Part shown: piece after piece, positions 9,671 to 19,883 of the stretch
Numbering within the stretch: position 1 is the first letter of the stretch
Layout: every line of letters begins with the position of its first letter
DNA from: Oligoflexales bacterium
Lineage (GTDB): Bacteria; Bdellovibrionota_B; Oligoflexia; Oligoflexales; RGVZ01
Length of the DNA stretch: 64,000 nt
Assembly: GCA_044236265.1 (NCBI GenBank)
Contig: JBIIGV010000003.1
Coordinates: 180-64,179 of the forward strand
Direction of reading: 5' to 3'
Notes under the pieces: model-generated
Database searches by the model: none
The model's input: the letters and a program-made list of their open reading frames with translations, nothing else
Told to the model about the DNA's origin: nothing
Made by a program: the position numbers and the translations under genes

Positions 9671-10492
9671 CTATATGAGCTTTGCTAGCTCAGACACAAC
9701 AGCACCACTACCTGCAATAATTCCATCACCCTCTATACTATAAGGTACTGTCTGTTTGCTAGGCACTAAAGAGGAAGCTTCTGCCGGGTAATTGGCGACC
9801 TGACCGCCCGCCTCGGAGACCAGAAGACTCCCAGCAGCCACATCCCAGACCGCAAGGCCACGCTCCCAGAATGCGTCAAAGATGCCTTCAGACACTAAGG
9901 CAAGATCCAATGCTGCCGAGCCATCTCTACGAATTGATTGGCAAGTTTGTGCGACCCGGCGAAACCGCTCGACCTCCCGGTCTAGGTCCTTTCCAACCGT
10001 GTAATAAAACCCTGTAACCAAAAAGCACTGAGCAATAGGCCTTGGTTTTTGCACCTGAAGAGGTCGACCATTGCACTCAGCGCCACCGCCGAGAGTCGCC
10101 AAGTATTTCTTGGCTCGCACCGGATCGCCAACACCACCAGCCAATACCTTTAAGAATCCGTCAGGTTGGAACTCTCCGTATCCAATGGAAACACTAAAAA
10201 ATGGATAACCGTTGGCAAAGTTGGTTGTTCCATCTAAGGGATCCACAATCCACACCTTTTGCCCAGCCGTGCGACTGACCTTCAGGTGACCTGATTCCTC
10301 GCTAATGATGGCGTCACCAGGAAAATACTTGGCGATTCGCTCCAAGATGATTTTTTCTGAGGCCAGATCGGCGTCGGTCACAAGACTAGTATCCTTTTTC
10401 TGGCGCACATTATTGGGGGAGCCAAACCGCTTGATTAACTCAGCCCCAGCCAGCTCCAATGTTTCGGAGATAAAGTTTTTTATGTCTGTCAT
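9671..10492 (-). CDS. suhB: inositol monophosphatase family protein
   Basis: LVTDADLASE, WIVDPLDGTTNF, RRDGSAALDL, WDVAAG. Confidence 0.9.
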   Translation of the reverse strand: MTDIKNFISETLELAGAELIKRFGSPNNVRQKKDTSLVTDADLASEKIILERIAKYFPGDAIISEESGHLKVSRTAGQKVWIVDPLDGTTNFANGYPFFSVSIGYGEFQPDGFLKVLAGGVGDPVRAKKYLATLGGGAECNGRPLQVQKPRPIAQCFLVTGFYYTVGKDLDREVERFRRVAQTCQSIRRDGSAALDLALVSEGIFDAFWERGLAVWDVAAGSLLVSEAGGQVANYPAEASSLVPSKQTVPYSIEGDGIIAGSGAVVSELAKLI

Positions 10493-10784
10493 GGGGCTTC
10501 AAATCCTTTCAGGGCAAGTCGTTGCGGGCCATCGGCAGCCAAACGACCAATAATTTTCTCAATAGTGTAAGGCATTTCAGGCTAACTCCTCAATTTAATA
10601 TGCTGATCTGTCCGAGAGTGGATTAAATGGAACAAAGCTAGCAAATGCGAGTATTTGCAACTTCCCCTCGTATTGACTATGGTTTAAAGTTTTATAAGGC
10701 GGTGTCGTCGACACCAGAAACACTTGGGTTGAGCTCTCAAAATTTAAACGCTTATCCCACACTTGAGAACGCTTGGAGAACGCC

Positions 10785-12362
10785 ATGTCTGCGTATGAAT
10801 ATTTAATGATTTTTACGGGTTCAGTGATCGGTGGTTATTTGTTTTTTGTTTTGATAGTTCGTGTGCTGCCAAGCCGTCTTTCGGCAAGTCACCAAACACA
10901 AAAAGCTGAAGTTTTAGCCGAAGCACGTAAGCAAGCTGATTTTATTTTAAATGAAGCGCGCAGCACCAATCAGGCAAAAAACCAGATGTTACTTGAAGAG
11001 CTCGATGAAACACTGGCTGACCGTCAAGAAGACCTTAAACTCAATGAAGAAAATTTAAATATCCTTGAAGGGCAAATACAACCCGTAACAAGTCGCGTCC
11101 AAAAGTTGGAACACGAGGTTGGACAGATTGAACAGCATGTGTCATTTGCTCGGGCAACCTACGAAACCAAAAAGAAAAGCCTGGACGAAGCTCAAGAAAA
11201 TCTCCGTCAAGAGCTTGAAAAAGTGAGCCGCTCAGATAGTAAACAAATTCTAAAAGGCCTGACCGACGGGCTCGTGGAACAGCGTCAACTTGAGACGCAG
11301 AAACTACTTAAGCTTTTTACAGAAGAACTAAACTCTGGCGCAAAACGAGTAGCTGCGAGATTTCTCAGCCGCTCCATGGCTCGCTACACCCCCGAATTCC
11401 CATGGCCTAAAATGACCAATACCGTTGAGGTTGAAGATAAGCGAGTTTGGGACGCTCTTGCCGAGGATTCTCAAGGCCTGCTAGCCCGTGTCAAAGAGCT
11501 TGTCGGGATCGAAGCAGAATTCCATGCAGCCCGTGATCCAGAATCTCCAGCGATCATCAAGCTTGCTGGCGGCATGGGAGTTGAGCGCGAAGCAGCGCGC
11601 CTGGCGTTGACAGAAATCGTAAAACTCAGCCCCCATTCATCTTGGCCTAAGATTGCTGAGTTTTACCAAAGACATCGTGCCATGCTTGATCAACAGGCTC
11701 TCAAGATGGGGCGCCAGGCAACAATGGAACTTCGCCTAGACGGCATCCACCTTGAAATCCAAAAGCTCATTGGCTATCTCAACTGGCGGACGTCTTATCG
11801 CCAAAATCAATTTTTACACTCGTTTGAGGTGGCTGTTCTAGCTGGCCTTGTCGCAGAAGAAGTTGGTGTTGATCCAACATTGGCTAAACGCTGCGGCCTG
11901 CTCCACGATATCGGCAAAGTTTTAGACTACCGTATTGAGGGCAGCCACGCCGTCATCAGCGGAGATTACGCCGACCGCTTTGGCGAAACGAGACTCATTT
12001 GCGACACGGTGATGAGCCACCACAATGACTTAGTTCTGGAAACTCCGCTTTCATATGTACTAAAAACTGCAGACACACTATCTGGAGCTCGGCCTGGGGC
12101 ACGGGTGAACCTCGAGGAGGGTTACCAAGACCGTCTTCGTGATATCGACGACGTGGTCCGCGGATTCCACGGAATTACCAAGTCTGCCATCATGAACGGT
12201 GGCCGCGAGATCCACATCGAGGTCAATAACAAACGAGTTAAGGAAGAAGAACTTGAAATCTTGACCGCGGCGATTGCGCGCAAACTAGAAACCGACGTTG
12301 CGTTTCCAGGACAGATCAAGGTTATGATCACGCGAAGGTTCGAATCAAGCACGGTGGCATAA
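10785..12362 (+). CDS. rny: ribonuclease Y-like protein (TM, coiled coil, divergent KH, HD domain)
   Basis: N-terminal TM, long coiled coil, RTSYRQNQFLHS..GLLHDIGK..HH..ADTLSGARPGAR, C-terminal FPGQIKV. Confidence 0.8.
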   Translation: MSAYEYLMIFTGSVIGGYLFFVLIVRVLPSRLSASHQTQKAEVLAEARKQADFILNEARSTNQAKNQMLLEELDETLADRQEDLKLNEENLNILEGQIQPVTSRVQKLEHEVGQIEQHVSFARATYETKKKSLDEAQENLRQELEKVSRSDSKQILKGLTDGLVEQRQLETQKLLKLFTEELNSGAKRVAARFLSRSMARYTPEFPWPKMTNTVEVEDKRVWDALAEDSQGLLARVKELVGIEAEFHAARDPESPAIIKLAGGMGVEREAARLALTEIVKLSPHSSWPKIAEFYQRHRAMLDQQALKMGRQATMELRLDGIHLEIQKLIGYLNWRTSYRQNQFLHSFEVAVLAGLVAEEVGVDPTLAKRCGLLHDIGKVLDYRIEGSHAVISGDYADRFGETRLICDTVMSHHNDLVLETPLSYVLKTADTLSGARPGARVNLEEGYQDRLRDIDDVVRGFHGITKSAIMNGGREIHIEVNNKRVKEEELEILTAAIARKLETDVAFPGQIKVMITRRFESSTVA

Positions 12363-12397
12363 CACGACTGTTTTCACTCGATTGACAGGGATGTCAC

Positions 12398-13123
12398 ATG
12401 CGATATGACTTAACAGAGATACAGAACAAGGTACGCATTTACCACTCAGTGAGCCGCTTTGAAGCCGCTGAGAAGATACTCCTGTCGACCATCGACGAAT
12501 ACGGATCACTGGCTAATCTTCACAATTTGTTGGGCGTGACCTATCACAAGCAATCTAAGTTTGCTGATGCCATCGTCCAATTCACGAAGGCTCTCAAAAT
12601 AAATCCAAACTTTGTTGAAGCTGGTCTTAATCTTTCGGCAACATTTTGTGATCTAGGGCGTTACGACGATGCGAAAACCGTCTTTAGTGAAATTCTCGCC
12701 AGCACGCCAACCCACAAGAAACAGCCTGAGCTTGTGCTGGGACGTCTGGCAAACCATCACGCGGAATGCGGTCATTTATATGCTCAAAATAATTTGCCTC
12801 ATGATGCGATCAATGAGTACAAACGCGCCCTGTCTCTCTATGAGCGCATGCCTGACGTAAAGATTTCTCTCGGACAAGTATACTTTCGAACCAATCAAAT
12901 GGACCGAGCACTCTATGAGTTTCAAGACGCCGTTCGCATGTTTCCCGACGAGGCAGAGGCACATCTCTGGCTAGGCGTCTGTCTTTGGAAGATGGACCGA
13001 AAAGATCAGGCTGTTCGCTCTTGGGAGACATCACGCAATCTTGATGACACAGCAGGACCTGCTCAGGCCTACTTGAGTTTTGCACAAAGAACTGCCAAAC
13101 AGGCAAAGCTTCCGGGCATATAG
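12398..13123 (+). CDS. TPR repeat protein
   Basis: Repeats such as LHNLLGVTY...A...F.KAL.INP and AHLWLGVCL. Confidence 0.85.
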   Translation: MRYDLTEIQNKVRIYHSVSRFEAAEKILLSTIDEYGSLANLHNLLGVTYHKQSKFADAIVQFTKALKINPNFVEAGLNLSATFCDLGRYDDAKTVFSEILASTPTHKKQPELVLGRLANHHAECGHLYAQNNLPHDAINEYKRALSLYERMPDVKISLGQVYFRTNQMDRALYEFQDAVRMFPDEAEAHLWLGVCLWKMDRKDQAVRSWETSRNLDDTAGPAQAYLSFAQRTAKQAKLPGI

Positions 13124-13159
13124 CTCACTAAGCACTCCGCCCTACAAAGTACTCCTTCG

Positions 13160-13186
13160 TTAAATATCACGATTTTTAGCCGATAC
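13160..13186 (+). promoter_or_regulatory. sigma28/FliA-like promoter
   Basis: TTAA-N15-GCCGATAC about 40 bp upstream of the response regulator. Confidence 0.45.
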
Positions 13187-13224
13187 CCCTCCATTAGTAA
13201 CGGTCGAAAATAAGAAGACAAATC

Positions 13225-14748
13225 GTGATCAAGCCAGATCTTCCCTACACCCCAAAAACTATGCGCGTCATGATCATCGACGATCATGATCCAATGCGGA
13301 AGGCTTTGCGAAGAATTCTTTCCGGCATGGGCTTTGGGACAATCATCGAGTGCATAGACGGCGGCGAAGCCCTCAAGACTCTTAGCAAATCGTCCGTTGA
13401 TCTTATTATTTCCGACATTTTCATGAGAAAAGTTGACGGATTTACCATTCTCAAGAAAGTGCGAACACAGGATATCGGAGCAGATATTCCAGTCATCATT
13501 GTAACCGGTGAAGCGACCAAGGAGGACATCGTTAAAGCTGCTGATCTTGGAGCAGACGACTATGTTCTTAAGCCGTTTCAAATTTCGGATATCGAAAAAA
13601 AGGTTTCTGCAGTTTTATTAAAATACTATTCGCCCACACCTCTTCTCAAACTTCTTCGCGAAGGTGACAAACTTGCCTTGCAAGGCAACCATCTTGACGC
13701 CCTGAAGCTTTATGAAGCGGCCACACGCCTTGATCCAAAAAGCCCAAGGGCAAAATTCAGTAAAGCACTTATGCTCAGCACACTTGGCGAGCCTGTTGAA
13801 GCTGTCAAAATCCTCGAAGAATCATCTAAAGAACATCCTGCATACAATAAAAACTTCGCGGCCCTGGCAGACATTCACATGTATCGAAATGACCCGAGAT
13901 CTGCGATTGATGCCATGCGTCACGAGCTGGAATTAAATCCTAGACAGATTGAACGTCAAAACCTTGTCGCAAATTTGCTAATGAACGATGGTCAGTATGA
14001 AGAGGCGATTAAGCACTTCAAGGCAGCACTGCTGGAAAACCCAAAAGACAAAGAGGCGATATTAGGATCTGGAAGAGCGTGTCAGAAACTTGGAAATAGC
14101 GAAAAAGCTCTCTACTACTATCGTCGTGCGAGACGGCAGTATCCCTCGCTGACAAAAGCTCTTCGACTCATGATTTCTGTCTACGAGCAGGATAAAAATC
14201 AAAAAGGCGCCATTTTTGAAATACTTGATGAGATCAATAAAAATCCGGCTCGTTTTGATGCGAGAGTCGTCTTGTCAGAGATTCACGCCAGTAATGATGA
14301 CATGGAAGGGGCCTTGAAGGTGATCGATGAAGGTCTTGCCAGGGATCCTAAGAATCTAGTCTTACTCAAAGGGAAATCAAAATTACTCGTTGAAGACGGA
14401 CGCGTCGACGAAGCGTGCGAACTCATGAAGCAAGTTGTAGACATGGACGGCAGTGAAGCCAATATTCTCGCCTATGCGGAAACAGTGCTCAGTGCCGCCA
14501 GACCTCTGGACGCCTATATGGTTTTACACCGAGCACTTGCTAGCCCCAAAGATCGTCAAAAAGTATTGGCTAAACTGGCAGAATCAATGAAGCGCCTCGG
14601 CTACTTTGCCCAGGCAATCACAACACTTGAGCTCGCCTTACAAGCTGGCGGAAATATGCCGCCAAAAGTTTTAAGAGAGGACATCCGCTCCATGATGCCC
14701 GGAGTCAACAATAGGCGGACTGGTCACGGCTTAAAAAAATCTAGTTGA
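13225..14748 (+). CDS. response regulator receiver (CheY-like) + TPR repeat protein
   Basis: IIDD, LIISDIFM, VTG and YVLKPF receiver motifs followed by multiple TPRs. Confidence 0.88.
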   Translation: MIKPDLPYTPKTMRVMIIDDHDPMRKALRRILSGMGFGTIIECIDGGEALKTLSKSSVDLIISDIFMRKVDGFTILKKVRTQDIGADIPVIIVTGEATKEDIVKAADLGADDYVLKPFQISDIEKKVSAVLLKYYSPTPLLKLLREGDKLALQGNHLDALKLYEAATRLDPKSPRAKFSKALMLSTLGEPVEAVKILEESSKEHPAYNKNFAALADIHMYRNDPRSAIDAMRHELELNPRQIERQNLVANLLMNDGQYEEAIKHFKAALLENPKDKEAILGSGRACQKLGNSEKALYYYRRARRQYPSLTKALRLMISVYEQDKNQKGAIFEILDEINKNPARFDARVVLSEIHASNDDMEGALKVIDEGLARDPKNLVLLKGKSKLLVEDGRVDEACELMKQVVDMDGSEANILAYAETVLSAARPLDAYMVLHRALASPKDRQKVLAKLAESMKRLGYFAQAITTLELALQAGGNMPPKVLREDIRSMMPGVNNRRTGHGLKKSS

Positions 14749-14763
14749 TTGGGGATAAGCAAA

Positions 14764-16170
14764 ATGAGCCAACATCTAAAAGCCCACCTAATTTCGATTT
14801 TTGGAGTAGTGGCAACTATCTCTGCATTAAATTCCTGCAAACCACGCCAAGTAAACGAAGCAAAACTGAATCGGGCTCAGTACTCCCAAGCAAAAGCCTC
14901 TGAAATGGCATTGAAAAAATGTCAGAACATCACAAACTTAACGAGTAAAAATCTTTGTTTTCTCGATGAATACGCGCGTCAACTGCTCTCTCAAACCACC
15001 GATTACGATGACATCTCAAATCAAGTGTCTGAAAAGCTTAGGCGACGGGGCATTCAAAAGTCTCTTCCGATGTCAGTATATAGTATCGCACCAAAGTCAG
15101 GTGGAACGTGCTTTAGCAGCGACTCAAATCCGGTTGAAGCCGAAAATTTCTGGAATAACCAGGTTGAACCAATCAGGAAGCAGATTGAAAATGTGGCTGA
15201 GTTTTTAGCTCAATACCATTTGGATGTAGACGGTCAAGACCCAGGCCCATTCGCAATTAAAGATGTAGAGCTATGCCCAATTACAATCACTCAGGGAAGA
15301 AAAATCGCGCTCCATGGGTCGACGCTTACAATCGGACTACCGGTCAAGGGAGTCATCTCAAAAACCTACGGATGGTATTCGTTTATTGAGTTAAGGCAGA
15401 TGTGGGACGCTGGCGACATATTTGAACGAACTTACTCGATCAAGCAAACGGCCATTGATCTGTTCGCTGGAAAAAAAACTCCCTTCGTGTGGATATTGGC
15501 AAATCCCGTTGGATCGGTCCGCAGCTCTCTAAGACAACTGACTAGAAATCAGGGAGGCGAATTATTAACAAAGCTCAGCCAACTAAAGTCTTCGGAGTCG
15601 AAGCTCGCAGCCCAAGATCGTGCAAAAACACTACGCTCAACGCTAAATTTAGAACCAAATTCCGAAGAAAATAAGCGTAACTTTATAGGGCCCATTTTTG
15701 CTGAGATACAGCCTGAGATTGAGCAAATTCTGAATTCTGAAAGGAACACTGATCTAGTAGATGAGTGGCACTGTCAGGCAGAGTACCTCACAAACTCGTC
15801 AGATATTAGCAACGCCGCACTTGGTGGACTAGTCGAGCGTGGAGATACAACAAATGTAAACTATGACATCAAGGCGTCGTGGGTTGCCGTCGCCAATTTC
15901 CATAATATCAATGTCGATGTACTGGGAGTATTTAGTAACCACAGCAGATTCATTGAAAGCCCTAGATCCAGCAATCAGAACTTCAACTTTCAAGTAAAAG
16001 CCGAGGGCAAAGTTGTTGTCGTAACCGGAGATCAGGTCAACGTTTCCACCGCACTCAACGCACTAACCGCAAGCATGCAGCGTTCAGTTTACACAGAGAG
16101 CCTGTACCATGCGGTTAGAAATGTTTCAAAAGTTCCGGATAAATCGCAATGGTGTATCGGAAGGAAATGA
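14764..16170 (+). CDS. hypothetical lipoprotein
   Basis: Long ORF; signal peptide ending ALNSC; ATG at 14764. Confidence 0.6.
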   Translation: MSQHLKAHLISIFGVVATISALNSCKPRQVNEAKLNRAQYSQAKASEMALKKCQNITNLTSKNLCFLDEYARQLLSQTTDYDDISNQVSEKLRRRGIQKSLPMSVYSIAPKSGGTCFSSDSNPVEAENFWNNQVEPIRKQIENVAEFLAQYHLDVDGQDPGPFAIKDVELCPITITQGRKIALHGSTLTIGLPVKGVISKTYGWYSFIELRQMWDAGDIFERTYSIKQTAIDLFAGKKTPFVWILANPVGSVRSSLRQLTRNQGGELLTKLSQLKSSESKLAAQDRAKTLRSTLNLEPNSEENKRNFIGPIFAEIQPEIEQILNSERNTDLVDEWHCQAEYLTNSSDISNAALGGLVERGDTTNVNYDIKASWVAVANFHNINVDVLGVFSNHSRFIESPRSSNQNFNFQVKAEGKVVVVTGDQVNVSTALNALTASMQRSVYTESLYHAVRNVSKVPDKSQWCIGRK

Positions 16171-16186
16171 TTTGTTTTGCTAATTT

Positions 16187-16654
16187 TCAGTCATGAAGCC
16201 AAACACGAACTTCATTCCAAAAACGTCGTTTAATCTCTGGGTCTGAACTCATCAAGTTCATCGTAGGACCCACGAATACTCCGATTTTTTGTCCAGCAAT
16301 AATTTTTACATCACGTAGAAACTGCTGACCATGCACGTCAGTGCAGTTCTCCGAAAGACTTATGACGCGACTGAGGCCTGGGAGCATAGATTTAAACAAC
16401 TTCAAGTCTAGCTCTGACTGGTCTGACTTAAGTACAAACCAAGACACTGGCTTATTTGGCTGTGATAACGCTTCTGCTAGCTTTTTGACGGCTTCTAGAG
16501 TTGACGCCGAGTCTTCCGTCTGCGCACTGGCAAGGATCAAGCACTCTGAAGACTGCTCCCACTTTGAGCCTAGTAATTCAAAGGGCTGACTGCCGGGGGA
16601 TTCAAGACCCCGATCAGTCAGCCAACTTTGGTATACATCGTTCGTCAAAACCAA
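16187..16654 (-). CDS. hypothetical protein, HolD(psi)/degenerate UDG-like
   Basis: Directly downstream of dnaK; C-terminal P....L..DPEIKRRFW resembles the PxxKRxLW ends of Pol III psi and family-4 UDG proteins. Confidence 0.45.
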   Translation of the reverse strand: MVLTNDVYQSWLTDRGLESPGSQPFELLGSKWEQSSECLILASAQTEDSASTLEAVKKLAEALSQPNKPVSWFVLKSDQSELDLKLFKSMLPGLSRVISLSENCTDVHGQQFLRDVKIIAGQKIGVFVGPTMNLMSSDPEIKRRFWNEVRVWLHD

Positions 16655-16678
16655 GAGACCTTTCTGGTCTATCAGAAC

Positions 16679-18583
16679 TTAGCGGCTACCGCCGTCCTCA
16701 TACTCAGCGTCAACGACATTGTCTTTGCCGCCAGCTTGCTGGCCCGCGGTTTGACCGCCTTGGCCTGCGTCACCAGCCGTAGCTCCGGCTGTCTTGTAGA
16801 TGTTTTCTGCAAGTTTATGAACGCGGCTTTCCAGGTTTTCGCGAGCTTTGACCAGTGTATCGTAGTCGTCAGAGTCAAGCTTAGTCTTAGCTTCAGACAC
16901 TGCAGACTCAATATCGGTCTTAAGATCTGCTGGAACTTTGTCAGCATTGTCTTTGATCATCTTTTCAGCCTGGAACACGAGGCTATCAAGCTGGTTTTTT
17001 GCTTCTACAGTCTGGCGACGTTTCTTATCGTCTTCCGCGTGGACTTCAGCATCTTTTACCATGCGCTTAATTTCGTCTTCACTCATACGAGTACCAGCCT
17101 GGATTGTAATCCTCTGCTCTTTGCCGGTTCCCACATCTTTTGCGGAGACGTTCAAGATACCGTTAGAGTCGATATCAAACGTCACCTCGATTTGCGGAAC
17201 TCCACGAGGAGCTGGAGGAAGATCCACGAGGCTAAAGCGACCAAGTGACTTGTTATCACGCGCCATCTCACGCTCGCCCTGGAGAACATGAACTTCTACA
17301 GATGTCTGATTATCAGCAGCTGTTGAGAAGACCTGGCTCTTACGCGCTGGGATTGTCGTATTGCGCTCGATCAAACGTGTGGAAACGCCACCCAATGTTT
17401 CGATACCCAAAGACAGAGGTGTCACATCAAGAAGAAGAACATCTTTCACGTCACCTGCGAGAACGCCCGCTTGAACAGCTGCTCCGACCGCAACAACTTC
17501 ATCTGGGTTCACAGACTTGTTTGGCTCTTTATTGAAGAACTCTTTAACCTTCTGCTGAACCAAAGGAATACGAGTCGAGCCACCGACGAGAAGAACTTCG
17601 TTGATGTCATTGTTGGTCAAACCAGCATCTTTCATTGCCTGACGGCAAGGTGCCAATGTTTTCTCAACAATATTTGTGATCATTTGTTCAAACTTGGAAC
17701 GAGTCAAACTTACGTTTAAATGCTTTGGACCGGTTTGATCTGCGGTAAGGAACGGAAGATTGATATCTGTCTGCTGCGCAGATGAAAGCTCGATCTTTGC
17801 CTTCTCAGCCGCCTCTTTCAGACGCTGCATAGCCATCGGATCTTTGCTGATGTCAATACCGCTTTCTGACTTGAAGGTTGCGGTCAACCAATCGATCAGA
17901 ACTTCGTCCACGTTGTCACCACCAAGGTGGGTATCACCATTTGTAGCAAGAACTTCTACAACTCCATCACCCACTTCTAGAATTGATACGTCAAACGTAC
18001 CACCACCGAAGTCGTAAACGGCAATCTTCTCATTGGTTTTCTTGTCCAAGCCGTATGCAAGAGCAGCTGCTGTTGGCTCGTTAACGATACGCTTCACATC
18101 TAGACCGGCAATACGTCCTGCATCTTTGGTTGCTTGACGTTGGCTATCATTGAAGTAAGCAGGCACTGTGATCACGGCCTCAGTTACAGTCTCACCCAAA
18201 TAATCTTCTGCAGCTTGCTTCAGCTTTCCTAAAACTTTCGCAGAGATTTCTGCTGGGGTGATGTCCTTACCGTCTAGTTGAAATACGGCGAGGTTATTCT
18301 TACCGCCAGTAACCTTATAAGGCATCTTGTCGCCTTCAGTTTTACGTTCATTGTAAGTACATCCAATGAAACGCTTCGCCGAATAAACGGTCTTAAGTGG
18401 ATTTGTGACTGCCTGACGGCGCGCCGCAGCACCAACCAAAACCTCTCCATCTTTTGTATAAGCGACCACGGAGGGGGTCGTTCGATGGCCTTCGGCATTG
18501 GCGATAACCTTTGGCTGACCGCTTTCCATAACTGCCACTACGGAGTTGGTCGTTCCCAAGTCGATTCCGATAATCTTTCCCAT
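16679..18583 (-). CDS. dnaK: Hsp70 chaperone DnaK
   Basis: [50 protein letters not shown]. Confidence 0.99.
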   Translation of the reverse strand: MGKIIGIDLGTTNSVVAVMESGQPKVIANAEGHRTTPSVVAYTKDGEVLVGAAARRQAVTNPLKTVYSAKRFIGCTYNERKTEGDKMPYKVTGGKNNLAVFQLDGKDITPAEISAKVLGKLKQAAEDYLGETVTEAVITVPAYFNDSQRQATKDAGRIAGLDVKRIVNEPTAAALAYGLDKKTNEKIAVYDFGGGTFDVSILEVGDGVVEVLATNGDTHLGGDNVDEVLIDWLTATFKSESGIDISKDPMAMQRLKEAAEKAKIELSSAQQTDINLPFLTADQTGPKHLNVSLTRSKFEQMITNIVEKTLAPCRQAMKDAGLTNNDINEVLLVGGSTRIPLVQQKVKEFFNKEPNKSVNPDEVVAVGAAVQAGVLAGDVKDVLLLDVTPLSLGIETLGGVSTRLIERNTTIPARKSQVFSTAADNQTSVEVHVLQGEREMARDNKSLGRFSLVDLPPAPRGVPQIEVTFDIDSNGILNVSAKDVGTGKEQRITIQAGTRMSEDEIKRMVKDAEVHAEDDKKRRQTVEAKNQLDSLVFQAEKMIKDNADKVPADLKTDIESAVSEAKTKLDSDDYDTLVKARENLESRVHKLAENIYKTAGATAGDAGQGGQTAGQQAGGKDNVVDAEYEDGGSR

Positions 18584-18673
18584 AATTAACTCCCTAAAAT
18601 CTAAAGGATTTTTTGTGTTTTAGTTTAGAACCCAGACTCCCCGCCTTACAGGTTATCTCGGCCTTTTATCCCA

Positions 18674-18701
18674 ACTTAAGGTCAACCTCTAGCCTGTCAA
18701 G
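18674..18701 (-). promoter_or_regulatory. dnaK promoter, sigma32-like (also readable as sigma70)
   Basis: Minus strand CTTGAC-N14-CCTTAAGT, compared with RpoH CTTGAA-N13/14-CCCCATNT; no CIRCE element seen. Confidence 0.45.
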
Positions 18702-18752
18702 CCCGCTATGGGCGGAAGTTGTGATAAAATATTTCGAAAGGAGGAATCTGCC

Positions 18753-19859
18753 ATGCATGAGTTAACCTGTCCAGCGTGTGGATCCCCATCGCAGTATAAT
18801 TTTCGCGACTATGTCCTGAGCTGTACCTTCTGCTCTGCGTCTTTCAAGTTTGACGCCGAATCAGGACGCAAAGACCTATTCACAGACCACTACATTATTC
18901 CCAATACTTTCGATAAGGTACGCGTCAAAGAGCACGTTCAAGAGTGGCTTAAGCGGCTGCATCACAAGCCAGGCGTAGCCGACAAGGAATTCATCGTTCT
19001 CGATATCAAAGGCGAAAATATACCCCTTTGGGTCGTATCCCTTGAGGTCCACACGGCCTGGAAGGGCCTTGCTCAGAGGACAAAGCGAGCTACTGATGCA
19101 AAATTAGGCTCTGACTATGTGACGGAATCAGGAAACTTCCGACGAACCTACCGCTGGGCCATCAATGCGCGCGGCAACATCTGCGAAAACTGGGGTTTGG
19201 CGCGCCTTCATGAGCCAAAAGAACCGGTCAATGTAACGTGGGATGGATTTCCAGTGGACTCAACCTGCTCGCGAGGACGCATCACACCTGCGGCCGAGGG
19301 AGAGAAATCGTTTTTCGACAGCCGCGAATACTTCGAATTCAAATACTCCAACGGCCTTCCAATACTAGGCTGTCAGATTGATGAGCAGGAAGCACTACGT
19401 CGCACGAAAACCCACGTTGAGTGGTATCACTATAACTTAGCAAATCTTCACTGCGACTACTTGTTGGACTGTCGTCATGAAGTTGATATCGCAGGCGTTC
19501 AGTTGGTTCACGTTCCTTTTTGGCATGCGACCTACGCCTATAGACCCACAAGCTTTCTAAGACACTTTTATCGCCCCGTCGAAAAACACGTTGTTCTTGA
19601 GGGCGTCCGCGGCGGAATCATTAAAGGAGAGCTTGGTCTCATTCACCGCGACAAGGTTCAAATTAATGCCGTCGTAACAGGCGTCGCGGCATTTGTATTT
19701 TTCATCATCGGCGCGATCTGGTCGTCCATGTTCCTATTGGTAGCACTCTTCTTTGCAGTGGTGAGCGGACTAAGCGCCTACATCGCAATGATCAAGCTCG
19801 AGGAACGAAAGCGACAAACTCACCTCGTGACGCCGCAAGCTGCTGAAGGCAAGGTCTAA
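18753..19859 (+). CDS. zinc-ribbon membrane-anchored hypothetical protein
   Basis: AAGGAGG RBS; CPACG-x11-CTFC zinc ribbon; VHVPFW motif; two C-terminal TM helices. Confidence 0.7.
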   Translation: MHELTCPACGSPSQYNFRDYVLSCTFCSASFKFDAESGRKDLFTDHYIIPNTFDKVRVKEHVQEWLKRLHHKPGVADKEFIVLDIKGENIPLWVVSLEVHTAWKGLAQRTKRATDAKLGSDYVTESGNFRRTYRWAINARGNICENWGLARLHEPKEPVNVTWDGFPVDSTCSRGRITPAAEGEKSFFDSREYFEFKYSNGLPILGCQIDEQEALRRTKTHVEWYHYNLANLHCDYLLDCRHEVDIAGVQLVHVPFWHATYAYRPTSFLRHFYRPVEKHVVLEGVRGGIIKGELGLIHRDKVQINAVVTGVAAFVFFIIGAIWSSMFLLVALFFAVVSGLSAYIAMIKLEERKRQTHLVTPQAAEGKV

Positions 19860-19883
19860 TTCAATCTATTCGTGCAAACACTT

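Noticed and set aside
16628-18589. Long antisense ORFs over dnaK (similar ones over lpxC, nrdJ, rplT)
   Set aside because: Shadow ORFs caused by codon bias of conserved genes; no protein-like motifs.
18584-18752. CIRCE element at dnaK
   Set aside because: No TTAGCACTC-N9-GAGTGCTAA present.
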